Positions 1-15,239 of a DNA stretch of 64,000 bases are shown piece after piece. Numbering within the stretch: position 1 is the first letter of the stretch; each line of letters begins with the position of its first letter. The DNA is from the human T2T-CHM13v2.0 reference genome, Homo sapiens: NCBI RefSeq assembly GCF_009914755.1, contig NC_060927.1; one strand, given 5' to 3'. The notes below the pieces were generated by a model. That model did not search any database, had not been told where the DNA came from, and saw only the letters and a program-made list of their open reading frames with translations. The position numbers and the translations under genes were made by a program.

Positions 1-59
1 TGGGCAGTGACACCTGGGCAAGTGGGTGGCTCAGAGAGAGAAAGAGTTCTGGGACGGCT

Positions 60-245
60 GCCTGGGTCTGATTCCTGGGTTCCCCATTGACCTGCTGTGT
101 GGCCTTCACAAGGCACCTGACTTCTCTGAGCTGTTTCTCTTCCGTAAAATGGGGATAACAGTAGTGCCGACTTCACGGGGTTGTTGTAGGATGGTGCACG
201 TAAAGTATTTGGATAGAGCTCTGCACATAGTAATTACTAACTAAA
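60..245 (+). mobile_element. MIR SINE fragment
   Basis: Core CTCTGAGC..TTTCTC..GTAAAATGGGGATAA. Confidence 0.7.
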
Positions 246-677
246 TGGTAAATTATTTTTTGAAATGAAATTGTTTGTTGCCAAACTGCTCTGGGTGAGA
301 ATGAAGACAGGGAGGAGATGAGTCACACACTGCAGATTGTGGGTTTTTTTTTTCTTCTTTTTTTCATAGCAGTAGGTTCTTAACTCTGGGAAACCAGCTT
401 CCTTAAGGATCTGACAAGGCCATGTTCTCTCTCTCTTTGGAAAGTCTACATGTCCTCACATACACATAGCATTTTGCATCCAACTTCATAGAAACCCACC
501 CATGATCCTAAAAGTAAAATCTATCCCAAAGAAAGAATAAAGGATGCGCACCAAAATATATCTACTAAGATGTGAAGGAATGAAAACAACCTAAATATCC
601 AAAAATCAGGGATTGGTAAAAAAAACTGTGGCATGTTGGTATCAGTGGAATGCTATGTACCCATGAAAAATGTCTTG

Positions 678-1015
<338 letters not shown>

Positions 1016-1549
1016 TCATGCCACAGTGTCACAGTGGTTATACTTGCTGATTTTTCTACAATAATAATGTATTATTTGAGAAATAAAGAAATGAGAAAAG
1101 TTTGAAAAATGACTAAGTTCACTTAGTTAAAAAAGAGCTAAGTTCACTTTTTAAAATAATAAAAATAAAGTTATTGTGGAAAGTATTGGAAAATAAAGAG
1201 AAAAAATCAAATCACCTCTCATCACCGCCCCCTTGCCTGTTATCAGTCATCTTTATGCACAGTTTGGAGTCATGTTTATTTTTATTGTGCCAGCAGCCAT
1301 GTGGGTCTCTTCCTTTCTAGGAGCAACTCTAGTTGACTCTCCACTCCCACGCTGCAGGAATTGACGGCGCACAGGGAACAGTTTCTACTGCTGTCCTTCC
1401 CGTTACCTCCTCCAATGGGGCTTCAGTCACCACCTCTCTGGAAGGTGATGATGGTCGGCAGCTCCATATCGCCAGCCGTGACTCTGCCCTGAAATCTAGC
1501 CCAAGGGAGCCAACTGCCTGTTTTGTCAGGTAACACCGACAAAAATAGC

Positions 1550-1725
1550 AGCCATTTGTTGAGCTCACACTATGTGTCAAGGACTGTGCTCAGTAGATTC
1601 TATTACTGATCTATTTTATAGATGAGGAAACTGAGGCTGAGAGATCAAGGAGGTGGCCAAGGTTACAGAGCTAGTGAGATGGGGAGCAGGAGTCAAACTG
1701 TGGGTTGTCTGACTTCACTGCCCAG
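1550..1725 (-). mobile_element. MIR SINE fragment
   Basis: TTTTATAGATGAGGAAACTGAGGCT core. Confidence 0.7.
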
Positions 1726-2871
1726 GCTTCTCATGCTGTGCTAGAGCTGACTCTAGTGAGCTGACCTCAGCCCTCCCGTGCCAAGATCCTTGGCCTGGTT
1801 CCTCTGACTTCATCAACCTCTGGCCCCTGTGTCCTCTCTCTTACAGTACTCACCCCTCATCCTGCCCTGCCCAGCCCCTGCCTGCTGCTCTGGCCTGACC
1901 AACTTGCTCTCAGTGCCCTGAGTGCCAGCAAGGCCTCTCTCCTCTGGCCTTTGTGTAAGCAGATCTTTCTACCTAGAACACTGTTGCCCTCTTTTTGCCT
2001 GGCTTCTTCCTTCAGGACTCTGCTTAGATGGCACCTCCTCCAGGAAGCCTTCCCTGATATTCCCCTCCCTAGGATTGGGTACCCTAGGGCCATATCTCCC
2101 AGGGAGAGGTGAGTCTTGGGGAGGCTCAACCCTCCCAAGTGCTCAGCTTACCACAGCTGCCAAGTCCTTGCCCTGGGATGGTGGAGACTGATGGGCAGGA
2201 GGCAGAAGGCGGAAGTCCAGCCCTTACGGCCTGTCCAAGGTCTATACGTTACATCTGCCTCAGACAGCCTTCTGGCTCTGGCTCCTGCAGGTGCCACAAC
2301 TCCCTGCAGCCTGCTGTACCTGGGAAGTGCCAGTGGGCTGGGCCGGATCAGCATCAGTCACTAGGGGAAGTCAGTCTCTCTCTAGTATTCACCTGGCTGA
2401 GCCTGGATGGGAGATCCCTGGAAAAACTGCCGCTGAAACTTTCCACTGACTCTGGCCTGGCTCTGGCTCCAGAGGAAAGAGAGCCCGTAGCCATTTCAGG
2501 GTTGAGCCCATTAGCCATGCTGTCCCAGGCCAGACTTACAGAGAGGAGGTGTCAGTGGGATGTGGCTAAAAAGAATTTCTGTGCCGCCAGGTCCTGGCTG
2601 TGGAATTTTGGATTCCTGCTTAGGGTTTTTTTGTTTTTTGTTTTTTGCATCTATGTCATGAGTGAATTGGCCTGTAATTTACTTTTCTTTCATTGTCCTT
2701 GTTTAATTTTGATAGCAGTTATTATTATTATAAAATGAAGCAGGAAGTGTTCCCTCATTTTCTATTGTCTAGAAGACTCTGCCTGAACCCAAACTGATGA
2801 ATTTCTCTAAAGTTTAAAAGAACTCACCTATAAAACTGCTGTTCTGATAGTAACTCATGATTCAATTTCTT

Positions 2872-3519
<648 letters not shown>

Positions 3520-3914
3520 TAGATGTTTCTTAAAGCCAACTACATCATTCTCTATTACGTTTTTAAAGGAACCAACTTTTGGCCATCTTCAATATCATGT
3601 ATTTTTATTCTTTAATTTTGGTTCTTATTTTAATTTTTTCATGACTTTTACATTCTTTGGATTGTTTCTGTTGTTCTTTTACCAACTTTGTAACTTTGAT
3701 ATTTAGCTCAGTAAGTCTCAGTCTTCTTTTCAATGTGCATTTAAAACTATAACCTTCTTCTTAAGGACCATTTTAGTTGCTTCCTCCAAGTTTCAATATA
3801 TAGTATTTTCATTGTCATTTGGATCTAAAGATTTTCTTGTGCCCTTACAGAGACAACATGCTGATGGGGAAAGCTAGATTTGAGACAGTTAAATAACCAA
3901 AGAAGGTAATTTCA

Positions 3915-4301
<387 letters not shown>

Positions 4302-4904
4302 GGACTTGTCTCTGAGCTGAAACCAGAAGGAGTCAATCATGAGGAGACCTAGGGAAAGGTGCACAGGTGGAGGGAACAGTGGAGACAAAAGCTCTGAGGT
4401 GGGGAAGAGATTGGGCTGTCAGAGATACCTGTGGAGCCCAGTGTGTATGGAGTAGGGAGCCCAGAGCACGATCAGCCAGGGCCTGTGGTGTTCCTTGTAA
4501 CAGCTCTTGAAGGGTTTTACCGGAGAGAAGAGGGGATCAGATTCAGAATTAAAGTAGCTCATTCTGGCTTTGCCATATGGGAACGCACTGCAGCTGGACA
4601 GGAGCTACATTGGACTTGAGGCCCCAGGAGAGCAGCTGGCAGAGGATGGATGGGTCTCAGCCAGAGGAATGTAGAACTTCAGGTGCCCGAGAAGAATGTC
4701 CACCAAGTACAGAGGTCCAGGGGGCCAGGCGTTATTGTTGTGGGTTGAATTGTATCCCCCAAAAGGAATGTTGAGGTCCTAGCTCCTACCTGTGAATGTG
4801 ACTTTATTTCCAAATGTAGATTTGGAAAGCAGATGTAGTCAAGTTAAGATGAGGTCATTAGGGTAGGCCCTAATTGAATCTGACTGGTGTCCTTATAAGA
4901 GGAG

Positions 4905-4905
<1 letters not shown>

Positions 4906-4948
<43 letters not shown>

Positions 4949-4986
4949 ACCACTACCACCACCACCACCATCACCACCACCACCAC
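4906..4986. repeat. (CA)n-(CAC)n compound microsatellite
   Basis: Direct reading. Confidence 0.95.
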
Positions 4987-5112
4987 GTGATGACAAGGGC
5001 AGAACACCACGGATTGCAGGCACCACCAAAAGCTAAGAGAAGGGCATGGAACAGATCCTCTGAGAGCCTTCTGAGGAGCACTCCCTGCCGACACCCTGAT
5101 TTCAGCTTCTAG

Positions 5113-5450
<338 letters not shown>

Positions 5451-5514
5451 TCGGCTACCGAGTTTCTGATTGTTTGTTATGGCCGCCCCAGGAAACTCCT
5501 GTGTCACTTCACAG

Positions 5515-5659
5515 TGCCTGCTTGTGATGGCAGAGTCAGCATGGGACCTTCACAGACGCTGGCCGGTTCAGGGCCTGCAGGTCTCAATGGCAGGCCTCTT
5601 CCTGAACGTGCACCACATCATACAACTCAGAATGACCCCTACCTGTTCCCAGAGCTCAG
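5515..5659 (+). ncRNA. Candidate internal exon of a plus-strand antisense lncRNA
   Basis: CTCCTGTGTCACTTCACAG| ... CTCAG|GTGGGT in non-repeat sequence. An antisense RNA (FAM3D-AS1) is recalled for this locus, but this exon is unverified. Confidence 0.25.
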
Positions 5660-6207
5660 GTGGGTGGAGAAAAATCCCCGGATGGTCCCTCAAAAGGACA
5701 GACACTGCCCCATTTCTGGCTGAGCTCCTGCAGGTTCTAGGTGTGACATCATCCCTATGGGACACCTCAGGCCCCGTCCTGAGCTTCCTGAGGAGCCGGA
5801 TGTCACCTAGACCAAGCCAGGCTCTTCCAGCTTCCCTGTGGCAGCCTCTGTCATTTTAGATTTTAGATGAAAAAGAAAGTTCCAGCTCCTCGCCTTTCTC
5901 TCCGCCCCAGGCCCTGAGATCTGATCTCTTACTTACACAAAGCCCCTTGTTTATGTTAGTTTGGGAGACACAGTGTTCTGAAAGCCGATCCCTGGGGCCC
6001 AGGGAGGGAGCTGCGTTTTTGGGTTTCTGCCTGCGAGAAAACCGGCTTTTGATTTGGCCCCTCTTGCACCACCTCCAAACCCTTTCAAGATAGAAATTAA
6101 ATTCTCCTGAACTTTAGGCCCCTCTTCAGTGCTACTCCCAGGGGAGTGGAGCCACTACCTACTATTAACTCTGCCTTGCACAAGGTGAAGATTTATTCTG
6201 GCTTGAC

Positions 6208-6277
6208 ATGAACAGCTTCAGTCCTGATGCTTGAAAAACAAGATGAACAGCTTCAATCCTGACGCTTGAAAAACAAG
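6208..6277. repeat. 35-bp tandem duplication (2 copies, 2 mismatches)
   Basis: ATGAACAGCTTCA(G/A)TCCTGA(T/C)GCTTGAAAAACAAG x2. Confidence 0.95.
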
Positions 6278-7384
6278 TCCATGAGAACGTGGGCTGTGGA
6301 GCCAGAAGTATCCAAGTTCAAGTCCCAGCTCTGGCACTTGTTGGCTCTGTGATCTTGAGACGTGAACTCAACCTCTTTGAGTCGAGCGTCTGCTTTGGTG
6401 AAATGGGGACATCGATACCTTTGTGGCTGGGTTTGTGGTGAGGATTCCATGGAAGTTCAATTATTAGAAGGCATTCTTATTTATCTTCAGGAAGTGCCCA
6501 TTTTGCAGATGAGAAGGACTGAGTGAGGCTCAAGGGGGGTAGGCCCAGGTTGGCTGTGTTGTGCAAGGTTTCTGTAAGGCCTTGGCTTTTGGTGCATGTG
6601 GAGGAATCTGAACACTAGCCTGCTTTTGCACAGTGTTATCTTGTCTGAGCCCTTCATGGCTGTGAAATGGGGAAAACTACCCATGCCAGGCTGCTCAGAG
6701 AAGCCAGTGATGCTGCACACATGAGGCCCTGGCTCTGCACCTGGGGTAGAATTGGCCCTCCGAAGAATGACTGTTGCTGCCCTCTCTTTTTCTCTCCTGC
6801 CTCACTTTACCCTAAACCAGTGGGCAGCACAGCTACCTTCTCTGCTTTGACATGGAGCCCAGAGTGGGAGCCCAGAGAGGGAGGCCATCTTGCCCAGGGT
6901 CCCTCATTCAGGGCCTCTGAGGCGAATATTTTATTCTTATTCGTGAACGAGGAAGATTGGATTAGGAGGAGGTGGACTAAGATTAAAGTGGATTTAAAAA
7001 GAATTAAAATAATTTCCTTCTCTCTACTGCCTTGGAAATGAGATTTGGCCCCAAGGCCCGAGGAAGGGGGGAAGGTGCCCATCTTGGGCCCCCTGTGACC
7101 TCTTCCTCTCTTGAGGTCTTAGAACATCTGGGAGTGAAGAAGGGCCCTGGTGGGCACCTGGAGGGTGGTGTTGGGGCAGGGGGTGAAGTCAGGGGGACAG
7201 GTTTGGGGTTTCTTCAATTCTGTTTCTGGGGGATTTTCTCTTTGTGTTTTGCCTCTTGTGTCTTTGTCTCTGTGTCTCTGTCTTTCTCTCTTATCTCTAT
7301 TTTGAATAGTGAGCAAAAGAAAGAAGAGAGAAAAAAAGAATGTTCTCCTTGATCAAAGAGTCTGAGGCAGAAACATAGTTGTGA

Positions 7385-7676
7385 TTTTTTTTTCCTTGAG
7401 ACAAGATCTTATTCTGTCACCCAGGATGGAGTGCAGTGGTGCTACCATGGCTCACTGCAGCCTTGACCTCCTGGGCTCAAGGAATCCTCCTGCTTCAGCC
7501 TCCTGAGTAGCTGGGACTACATGTGCACCACCATGCCCAGCTAATTAATTTTTCTTTTTTTGTAGTGATGGGTCTCACTATTTTGCCCAGGCTGGTCCTG
7601 AATTCCTGGGCTCAAGTGATCCTCCCTCCTTGGCCTCCCAAACTGTTGGGATTACAGGCCGTGAGCCACTGTACCA
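7385..7676 (-). mobile_element. Alu (AluJ-like)
   Basis: Diverged antisense dimer. Confidence 0.92.
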
Positions 7677-9689
7677 GAACTTTACATAGCTGTTTTTTGA
7701 GAGGAGAGGATGGCATGGCAGGGTAAGTGCAGGATAGGTGGGAGAAGTTAAGGTGCCACCGAACCAAATCTGTGGCAGTCCCTAACCCCAGAACCAGGAA
7801 TCTGGGGGCCCCTACGAGGCTGAAGAGGGCTGGAAAACCAAGAAGTTCTTTCAGTTCCTGGGACATGCCGCAGCCTCTCATACCTCCAGGCCTTGGCAGA
7901 TGCTGTTGCCTGCTGGAAACCTCTCCCCGCCTCCTGACCTGATTAATCCTTCTTCGTCTTTTACCTCTCCGCCTCGTGGGTCCCCCTTCAGTGCCCCAGG
8001 TCCTATCTGCTTCCCTCATCATAGTACCCAGCACCTGCTCTGTCCCTGGGGATGGCTTATTTCTCTCCCATGGGGCTGTGCACCCCAAGGGTGAGCCTAA
8101 GTGCCATTCACTCATCTATCTCCAGTGCCTGGGTCCCTATGCCCAGTCAACATTTGTTGAATAAATGATGAACAAGCCATGAGGGATTTTGCATTTGGCC
8201 AGGAAGTTGTGCAGGTGGAAAGTGTGTGTAAATGTGTGTATGTGTGTGTGGTGGGGAGGTGGAGGCAGGGTGGGGAATGTGAGAATTTGGATCAGAGCCT
8301 TAGAGACATTGGAGGGGAAGGAGGGACATGTGGGGGAAACTGAGGGATTCAGTCTATGTCCCTCCCCCCCAGCCTGAAGTTCTGCATGGATCCTTCCATA
8401 AGGTTGGCCTTCAACTCAGGGTAGCTTTTGGGAAATCAGCCTCCCTCTCTCCTGCCCTCCCTTCCTTAATTAATTAATGGAGCACCTTCTATGTCACAAT
8501 GGTAAACCAAAAATCAAACGGCCTCCCTTCCCTCATGGATAAATCACAGAACTATACATGAAATCACAGAGTGGTCAGCGTGGAGGAGAGACCAGAGAGC
8601 TCTGTGAGTGTGATGGGGTTTGCCCTAGTCCGGGGAAGTGGGGAGAGTGATGGTGTCATGGGGTCCCTGAGGAACTTGACCCCCTTCTAATCTCTCTGAC
8701 CTTCCCAGCCACCCCTGGTAATCCTACAGGCTTGGCAAAACCTGTAGGCCTGGTAATGCACATGCGGTTCTGAGACAAGCTTGCCCTGTTCTTGTCCACT
8801 TATCTAAGCCCCTCACCCCATATAGATATTTGAGATCCACTCAGGGAAGGCTTCGTGGAAGAAGTCTCGGCTGAGCCGGTATCTTTTTTCCTTTCTTTCT
8901 CCTTTGATTCCTTCTCCCTCCTAAGCTGGGCTTCCAGCCATAAGACAGGATGGGGAAAGTTTTAGTCTTGGAAGAGGCGGTTCCAGGGCTGTGAGGGATG
9001 ACGCTGTGGAATGACGGAGCAGCACTCCTCCTGGGGAGACCCAGCCAGCACCTGGGCACATGGCTCCACTGGTAGAGGGTGGGCCGGATGTCCCACTAAC
9101 CCGTTCTCTTGTTGCCTTTGTGCAGTGCCCAACCTGTACACCTGTTTGAAGCAGCCCTGGGCATTCAAACCTTGAACCCAGCTTGGGGAAGGCCAAGGAC
9201 AGATGGAAATAAAAGCCCCATTAGGAGGCCTTGGAGAGCAGGAAAACTGTGCCCTTTCCTGCCTCCAAAGGTCACTCTGCCTGTCTTCAAATGCCCTTTT
9301 TGGCTGCAGCCAGTCTAGTCCCCACTCCTCCTCTACACTCACCTTCTGCCCCTGGACTTCCCCAGGGGAGAAATGTCAACTCTAACTTTTTCAGGAGTTT
9401 CAGCCCAGGCCATTCTGAAGGTGGGAGTGAAGGAGGTGGCGGCATGGTTCCCAGGGAAGGGGAGGACAGTATATTTACCAGTTTGCTGAGGCTGGGGAGG
9501 AAATCATTCAGGGACTTTCAAATCTAGCGGGTAAATAGATAGAGTAAAAGGGGAGCCCGGAACTAAATGACAAATTTTAGCGCTTGGGAAACCATGCTCA
9601 CAACCCCAGCATACGTGTTTGCGCCTGACCAGAGCCCTCAGGAATGTGGCCTCCCATGCACAGATGTCACCTTGGCTGGCACTAAGGAC

Positions 9690-9850
9690 TGGGGCCAGCT
9701 TTCTGGGGTTGTGACCTGTGCAGCTGCACAGGGCTCTGAGCTCAGAAGGGCCCTGTGCTTGGTTTAATGCTCTGCTGTTGCTGTCTTGAGATTCTTAATG
9801 ATTTTTGAACAAGGGACCCCACATTTTCATTTTGCACTGAGACTTGCTAT
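9690..9850 (+). mobile_element. MER91-like hAT DNA transposon
   Basis: GACCTGTGCAGCTGCACAGGG...CTCAGAAGGGCCC...CATTTTCATTTTGCACTG matches the recalled MER91A consensus. Confidence 0.75.
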
Positions 9851-10543
9851 GGACAAAGTGACAAGCTCATTTTTACCATGGTTGGGGAGGGCACTGGGAA
9901 TCATTTAATGCAAACCTCTCTGTTCCCAGATGGGGACACTGAGACCCAAGGGCAAGCATGCATCCAGGCACTTCAAGAACTTTCTCATTTAGTTCTCACA
10001 CTGATAATACTAAAGTGGGTGCTATTTTTATCCCCATTTTAGGGATGAGGAAAGCAAAGCTTAAACATCACCCAGAGAGTGAGTGCTAGAGGCTCCACTT
10101 GGCCCCAGGCCTCTTCTCCCTGAGTCTGGATGCTTTCCAAACATCTGCATAACGGGGGTTGCAGGGTGGTGGGGAGAACTTGAGCTCAGGATGCAATGTG
10201 CCTGGCCTGCCCAAGAGAGTGCTGCCTGGCTAGGCACAGCTCAGTGCAACACTAGCCCTGCCACTTCCTTACTGGCGACCTCTGAGCCTCAGTGTCTTGA
10301 CCTGTGAAATGGGCATGAGAATATTAGCCCTTTCATGGGGCATTTGTGAGAATTACATGCCTAGCTCAGTGTCAGGTCGGGGAGAGGTCTTGGGAATTGC
10401 ACTGAGGCCCAGGCAAGTAATGACTGGAATTGGCATGAAGGGCAGAGCAGCTTTGAGTGGTTCCCACCCAAGAAGTGGGTACAGCAGCCTCTACTTTGCT
10501 GGGCTGTGGATGTGCTGGAGGGACAGCATGAAAAAGCATTTAG

Positions 10544-10840
10544 GGCTGGGCTCACACCTGTAATCCCAGCACTTTGGGAGGCTGAGGTGGGTGGATCACT
10601 TGAGGTCAGGAGTTCGAGACCAGCCTGGCCAACATGACAAAACCCCATCTCTACTAAAAATACAAAAAAATTAGCTGGGCGTGGTGATGCACACCTGTAA
10701 TCTTAGTTACTTGGGAGACTGAGGCAGGAGAATCACTTTAATCTGGGAGGTGGGGGTTGTTGTGAGCTGAGATTGTGCCACTGCACACCAACCTGGGTGA
10801 CAGGGCGAGACTCTGTACTACCCCTATGCCCCCCCAAAAG
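10544..10840 (+). mobile_element. Alu (AluS-like) with TSD AAAGCATTTAG
   Basis: TSD at 10533-10543 and 10841-10851. Confidence 0.93.
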
Positions 10841-13479
10841 AAAGCATTTAGCATAGTGGCTGCTGGTGGGGTTGGAGCTCGACAATTGACATTCCCCTTC
10901 TTCCTTTCCGTCATCTTCCCTCACACCTTGGGATGGAATATCTGTCAGTGCAATTGGAATTCAATTCACATGCTGTCAGAAACTTACAAGAGCAGGTGGG
11001 GCAAGCCCTGCGGCTGGAATGCAGAGAAGTGTTGGCGGTGGATAGAAATCAGGAGGGCAATACAGGCAGGCAAATGGAGTGAGAAAAGGTGGAGAGGCTG
11101 GAATGATCCCAGAGACCAGGGCCCAGTGGGGAGGCTGCTGGGCAGGAGGGGGGCTCTGCCTTTGTTGGGGGGGATATTTTTTCCTCACCCCCATGAGCTC
11201 CTGACACATTTCTCCTCTTGTCCTTGAGCCTCCCACTCTGGGCACAGGAGTCCTTTGGGAACCCAGCTGTGGAGTCCCAATGGCACCCAGAAGTGAGGTG
11301 CAAGGCCCCTTTCTCCTCAGAGAAGCCGTCTGAGGCGGTGGGCAGAGTCAGGGTGATGGGATGGCATGCTGTGAGCGCCTCCTGATGAGGTCCTCACACG
11401 TCACTGAGCTGGGCGCAATGAGCTGGAATCCTCTGCTGGGCTTGGCGGCCCTGAGCACCAGGCAGGCCCATCCATCATCGGCAGGGAAAATTGTTCAGGG
11501 AGCCAGCAGGGCCCAGCCAGATGTGTACCTTCTGGGCTCTGATAGAATGAACACACCCTTTCAGGCCATTCATCAAATTTAGCCATAGTGCTTCTATTTT
11601 TTTCCCCTTTTGTTTCAGTCAAGGCAACTTTCTCTTAATGAAGGTGAATGCAAAGCGATGAGTGTCTTGGTAAACAACAGGGTCAGAGGACAGGACTCTT
11701 TCAGGGCCACAAAAAACCTGGGTGGTGTTGGGTTTGGAGAAATGTTTTACAGAACGAAAGCCAAGTGTCCAAACCTCCAGGGGGCTATGCTGCCGCCTCC
11801 TGCCCTGCAGAAGCTCCACCTGCAGCCTCTAGAGCAGCAGCAACAGGACCACGTGCCATTCCCTGAGCACCCACTGAGTGCTGGGCACCTCGCCCCAGCC
11901 TGCTGTGGAAGGTAAATCATCATGCTGCTTGACAGCTGAGGAAACTGAGGCTCAGAGGGGTTAAATGAGATGCCCCGACAGGGGCTCCAGGTGGGATGTG
12001 AGCACTGTTGTGTTTCCACCTTCAGAAGCGCCGGCAGTGGGGTTTGCTGTTTGAGAGGCCAGGCTCTTAGGGCAGCCTGGGTCAAATGTTAACTCCACCC
12101 TTACTAGCTGGGTGACCCTGAGCCTCTTGCTTAACCTCTCCATGTCTCTGGATTTCTGGGTGATAAAACTCTCCATGTCCAAGAGCTGTTTGAAGACTAA
12201 ATGAGCGAATTGGTGCAGAAGCGGCAGTGCATGGGAGCTGTGCTCAGGAACATTTTCCATTTAGCAGCCCCTTTAAGGGTGGCATTACGGTCACAGCCTG
12301 GGGAGCTGGACTTGTGCAGGGCAGCCTCTGGAAGCTTGTGGTTGTGTCCTCTATCCTGGGCGAGGGCACTGGCCACTGCTGATTGGGGTGGAGGACGGCG
12401 TGCCCACACTCTGTTGGTGTCTATGAACTGGCTGGTGTCTGAGGCCCATGGAAGGTGCTTTTCTTGAACCCACTGCTGCCGCAGGACCTGTGGCCTTGCT
12501 GTGTAATGCAAGGGCTTAAAACGTGGCTCCCATCCAGACATCTGGGTTGAACTCACCTCTCTGGCATCAATGCATGCCCAGTGGGTCAAATGTTGAAGTT
12601 TCTGGAATGTTCCAAACAGTGTTAGAGGGATTGCTTCTGTGTGTTAAAATATCTTCTTGCAAAAACCCTGATAGAGGCCAGGGTACCCACCTTGGTGCCC
12701 TTGATAGGGGCAGATTTAAAAAAATGCCAAGTCCAAGGGAAGTTCAGGCCCTGCCTAAGAAGAACAGAAACAACAATGTCTGTGTTTTGACTCCTGGCCC
12801 AGTGGTCTATCTGTCACACCCTCGACCCTTTCAGTGTTCTTCCATTCTCTCTGCCCACCCCACAGCTGGAGAGAACGCTGTCTCTCCTCCTGGGGGGCCA
12901 TTACAATGAAATGTCCAGCACTCTCCCTTCCATTGAGTAACAGCCATGCCATTGGGAGACAGATCTGTGGCTCCAAGGGTGGGCTCTGGTTGGCCTTAAC
13001 CAACCATGTGATCCCTTCCATCCCCTGCCAGTGTGGGTTTAGGATTCTAGGCAAAGCCTATGCCCCTGACATTCCCCAGGGGACAAAGGTGAGTTCACCT
13101 AAAAGCAAAGTCCAGACCTTGCCTAAGAGGAATAGAAGCAACAACGCTGTGTTTTGACTCCTGGCCCAGGGGTCATGTGCCCAGTCACCTCTGCTTCAAC
13201 TTTCACACATACTACCAACTATTTTTTGCCTGCCTATTAGTCTCTGCAACTGACAGGGACGGCCTCAAGGGCAGGGGCTGTGTCTCCTCACCCTTGGCTC
13301 CAGCTCCACATAGGCCCTGGCATAGGGCAGCAGGTGCCTGCCTGATCAACAGCCTTCTGTGGGAGGTTGGGGTGGGGCTGAGGAAGATGCTGTGGACAGA
13401 GCTATGGACCAGGAAGGGTGGGATGGGCTGGGTTGTTTGGAGTCAAGCAGAATGGGGTCAAAATCCTACCCAATAAAAA

Positions 13480-14180
13480 TGAGAAATAAAAATAAAACTT
13501 TAAACAAACCCCACCCCTCCACTCTGGCAAGTGACTGAACGGACCCCCTCTTGGCCAAGGAGACCCCAGAGAAATCTTGAAAACCGGGTTTCTGGCCATG
13601 ACGGGATGGGAGGTCGCACGTGCCCCGTAGTGTGCCATCCCTTGATAACCTCCGTTATCCTAATTCCCTAAGAGCTAAACAGAAACAGGCCTTTTCAAAA
13701 GACTCCATGCTGATTTCAACCAACTGCCCCTCCCTTTTGTGGTTTTAACACAAAAACCAACCAGCATTCTTTCTTGATAAGAGATCACCAATCATGGAGC
13801 GGTTCTAGCCAGTCTGCAGAGGATGCACAGTGAGGGTTTTCGTGCTCCCTGCTTCACCTTTGACATCAGAGGGCTGAAAACTCCACCCTCAGATCACACT
13901 AAGGCCAACATTTTTTTGTACCTGGGGCCTGTAAGAGGCATGAAGCTCAACTGTGCATGTAGATGTTTCTCCTTTCATAAATATTCATGACCCCTCCCAC
14001 AGCTTATTGAATATGTATATTTGGCCATGCTGCTCAGCATAAATTTCTACTCCCTTTGCCTCTTCCTCAAAGTGTCAGTTTCTGGATTCTGGCCAGAGGC
14101 CATGCTTCCCAGCCTCTCGGAATGGCCACCCTGCAGGCTGCAACCCTTTATGAGAAATAAAGCTCCTCTTTCCAAATTAA
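13480..14180 (+). mobile_element. ERV1 solo LTR, MER39-like
   Basis: TGAGAAATAAA...GACTGAACGGACCCCCTCTTGGCCAAGG; AATAAAGCTC near the 3' end. Confidence 0.75.
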
Positions 14181-15239
14181 CAACAATAGCAGTACCCTGC
14201 TCTTTCCCCCACTAGCTGCATGACCCTGGCTAAGAAATTACTTCTTCCTTGAGTTTCTCAACCTTGATGGAACAGGTCATCACTGGTTGTCTGAGGATCA
14301 GAGTCCCATGTTTATCGGGGAGCCTCTGGGCTTGGGGTAGCACACTGAGCACTTCACAGGCATCATCTTGTTGAACTTCCCACGAAGCAGGTACCAGCCC
14401 CCCTTTATAAACAAGAACCTGAGGTCCAGAGGGGTTCAGGTCATCGCCACGGTAGGTGGGTGGTGGATCTGGGACACGGCAGCCTGTCTATGCCACTGGG
14501 ATGGCAGTACCGGGTCGTTGTGGGTGGAGAGCAGTGAGCACGTAGGACAATCCCGAGAGCTGGTGAGTAAATGCAGGCCCCTCTTTGCCCCTAAGAGGCT
14601 GATCCAGGAGGTCTGATGGGCCATGAGAAAGTGACTGTTTCACAAGCTCCCTCCTACTCCCCACCCCAGGATGCTGACGCAGGGGTCCGCAGAGCACATT
14701 TCCAGAAACAGTTCTCAGGCAATGCTGTCTACAAACCCCCAGCTGAGAGCTCAGGCTTAGAAGGTGAGGGATAATAACATGAATAGAATTCTAATAATAA
14801 TGGAGCAAAGCCTCTACACAGTGCCAGGCAGTGTTCCAAACACTTTCACTCATTTAATTTTCACAATGATTTTCCAAGGTAGTGATTATTATTGGCCCTA
14901 TTTTACAGGTGAGGAAATAAGGTACAGAAAGCTTAAATAACTTGCCTATTGCCCTACAACTGGTAACAGCTGGTTAGCTAACTTTATAATAATAATTTTA
15001 AGATCTTTCCCCTGTATCCACCTGCATCAGACACTCTCCTGGGGTATGGGGAAGGGGTACCCAGGGAGCTTTTACTCAGGGAAGTAGAGATGTGTGTGGT
15101 TAAGACCAGGGAGCCAGAGAGATTTGGCTGCCCCCGAGTCTGTCCTAGAGATGGAGAGATAGGACACTGGTTCTTCCCTGAGCCCTTGCCTGCTTTCTAG
15201 ATGCAAGTCTTGGCTGTGAGTTCCAGGGGGAGGGCTGGT

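Noticed and set aside
2109-2738. Longest ORF in the track (209 aa) and similar 100-190 aa ORFs (18879, 31063, 43990, 55995)
   Set aside because: No recognisable domain. Often non-ATG starts or overlap with repeats. Expected by chance in GC-rich human DNA.
6208-6277. CRISPR-like repeat
   Set aside because: Two abutting copies, no spacers, eukaryotic context.
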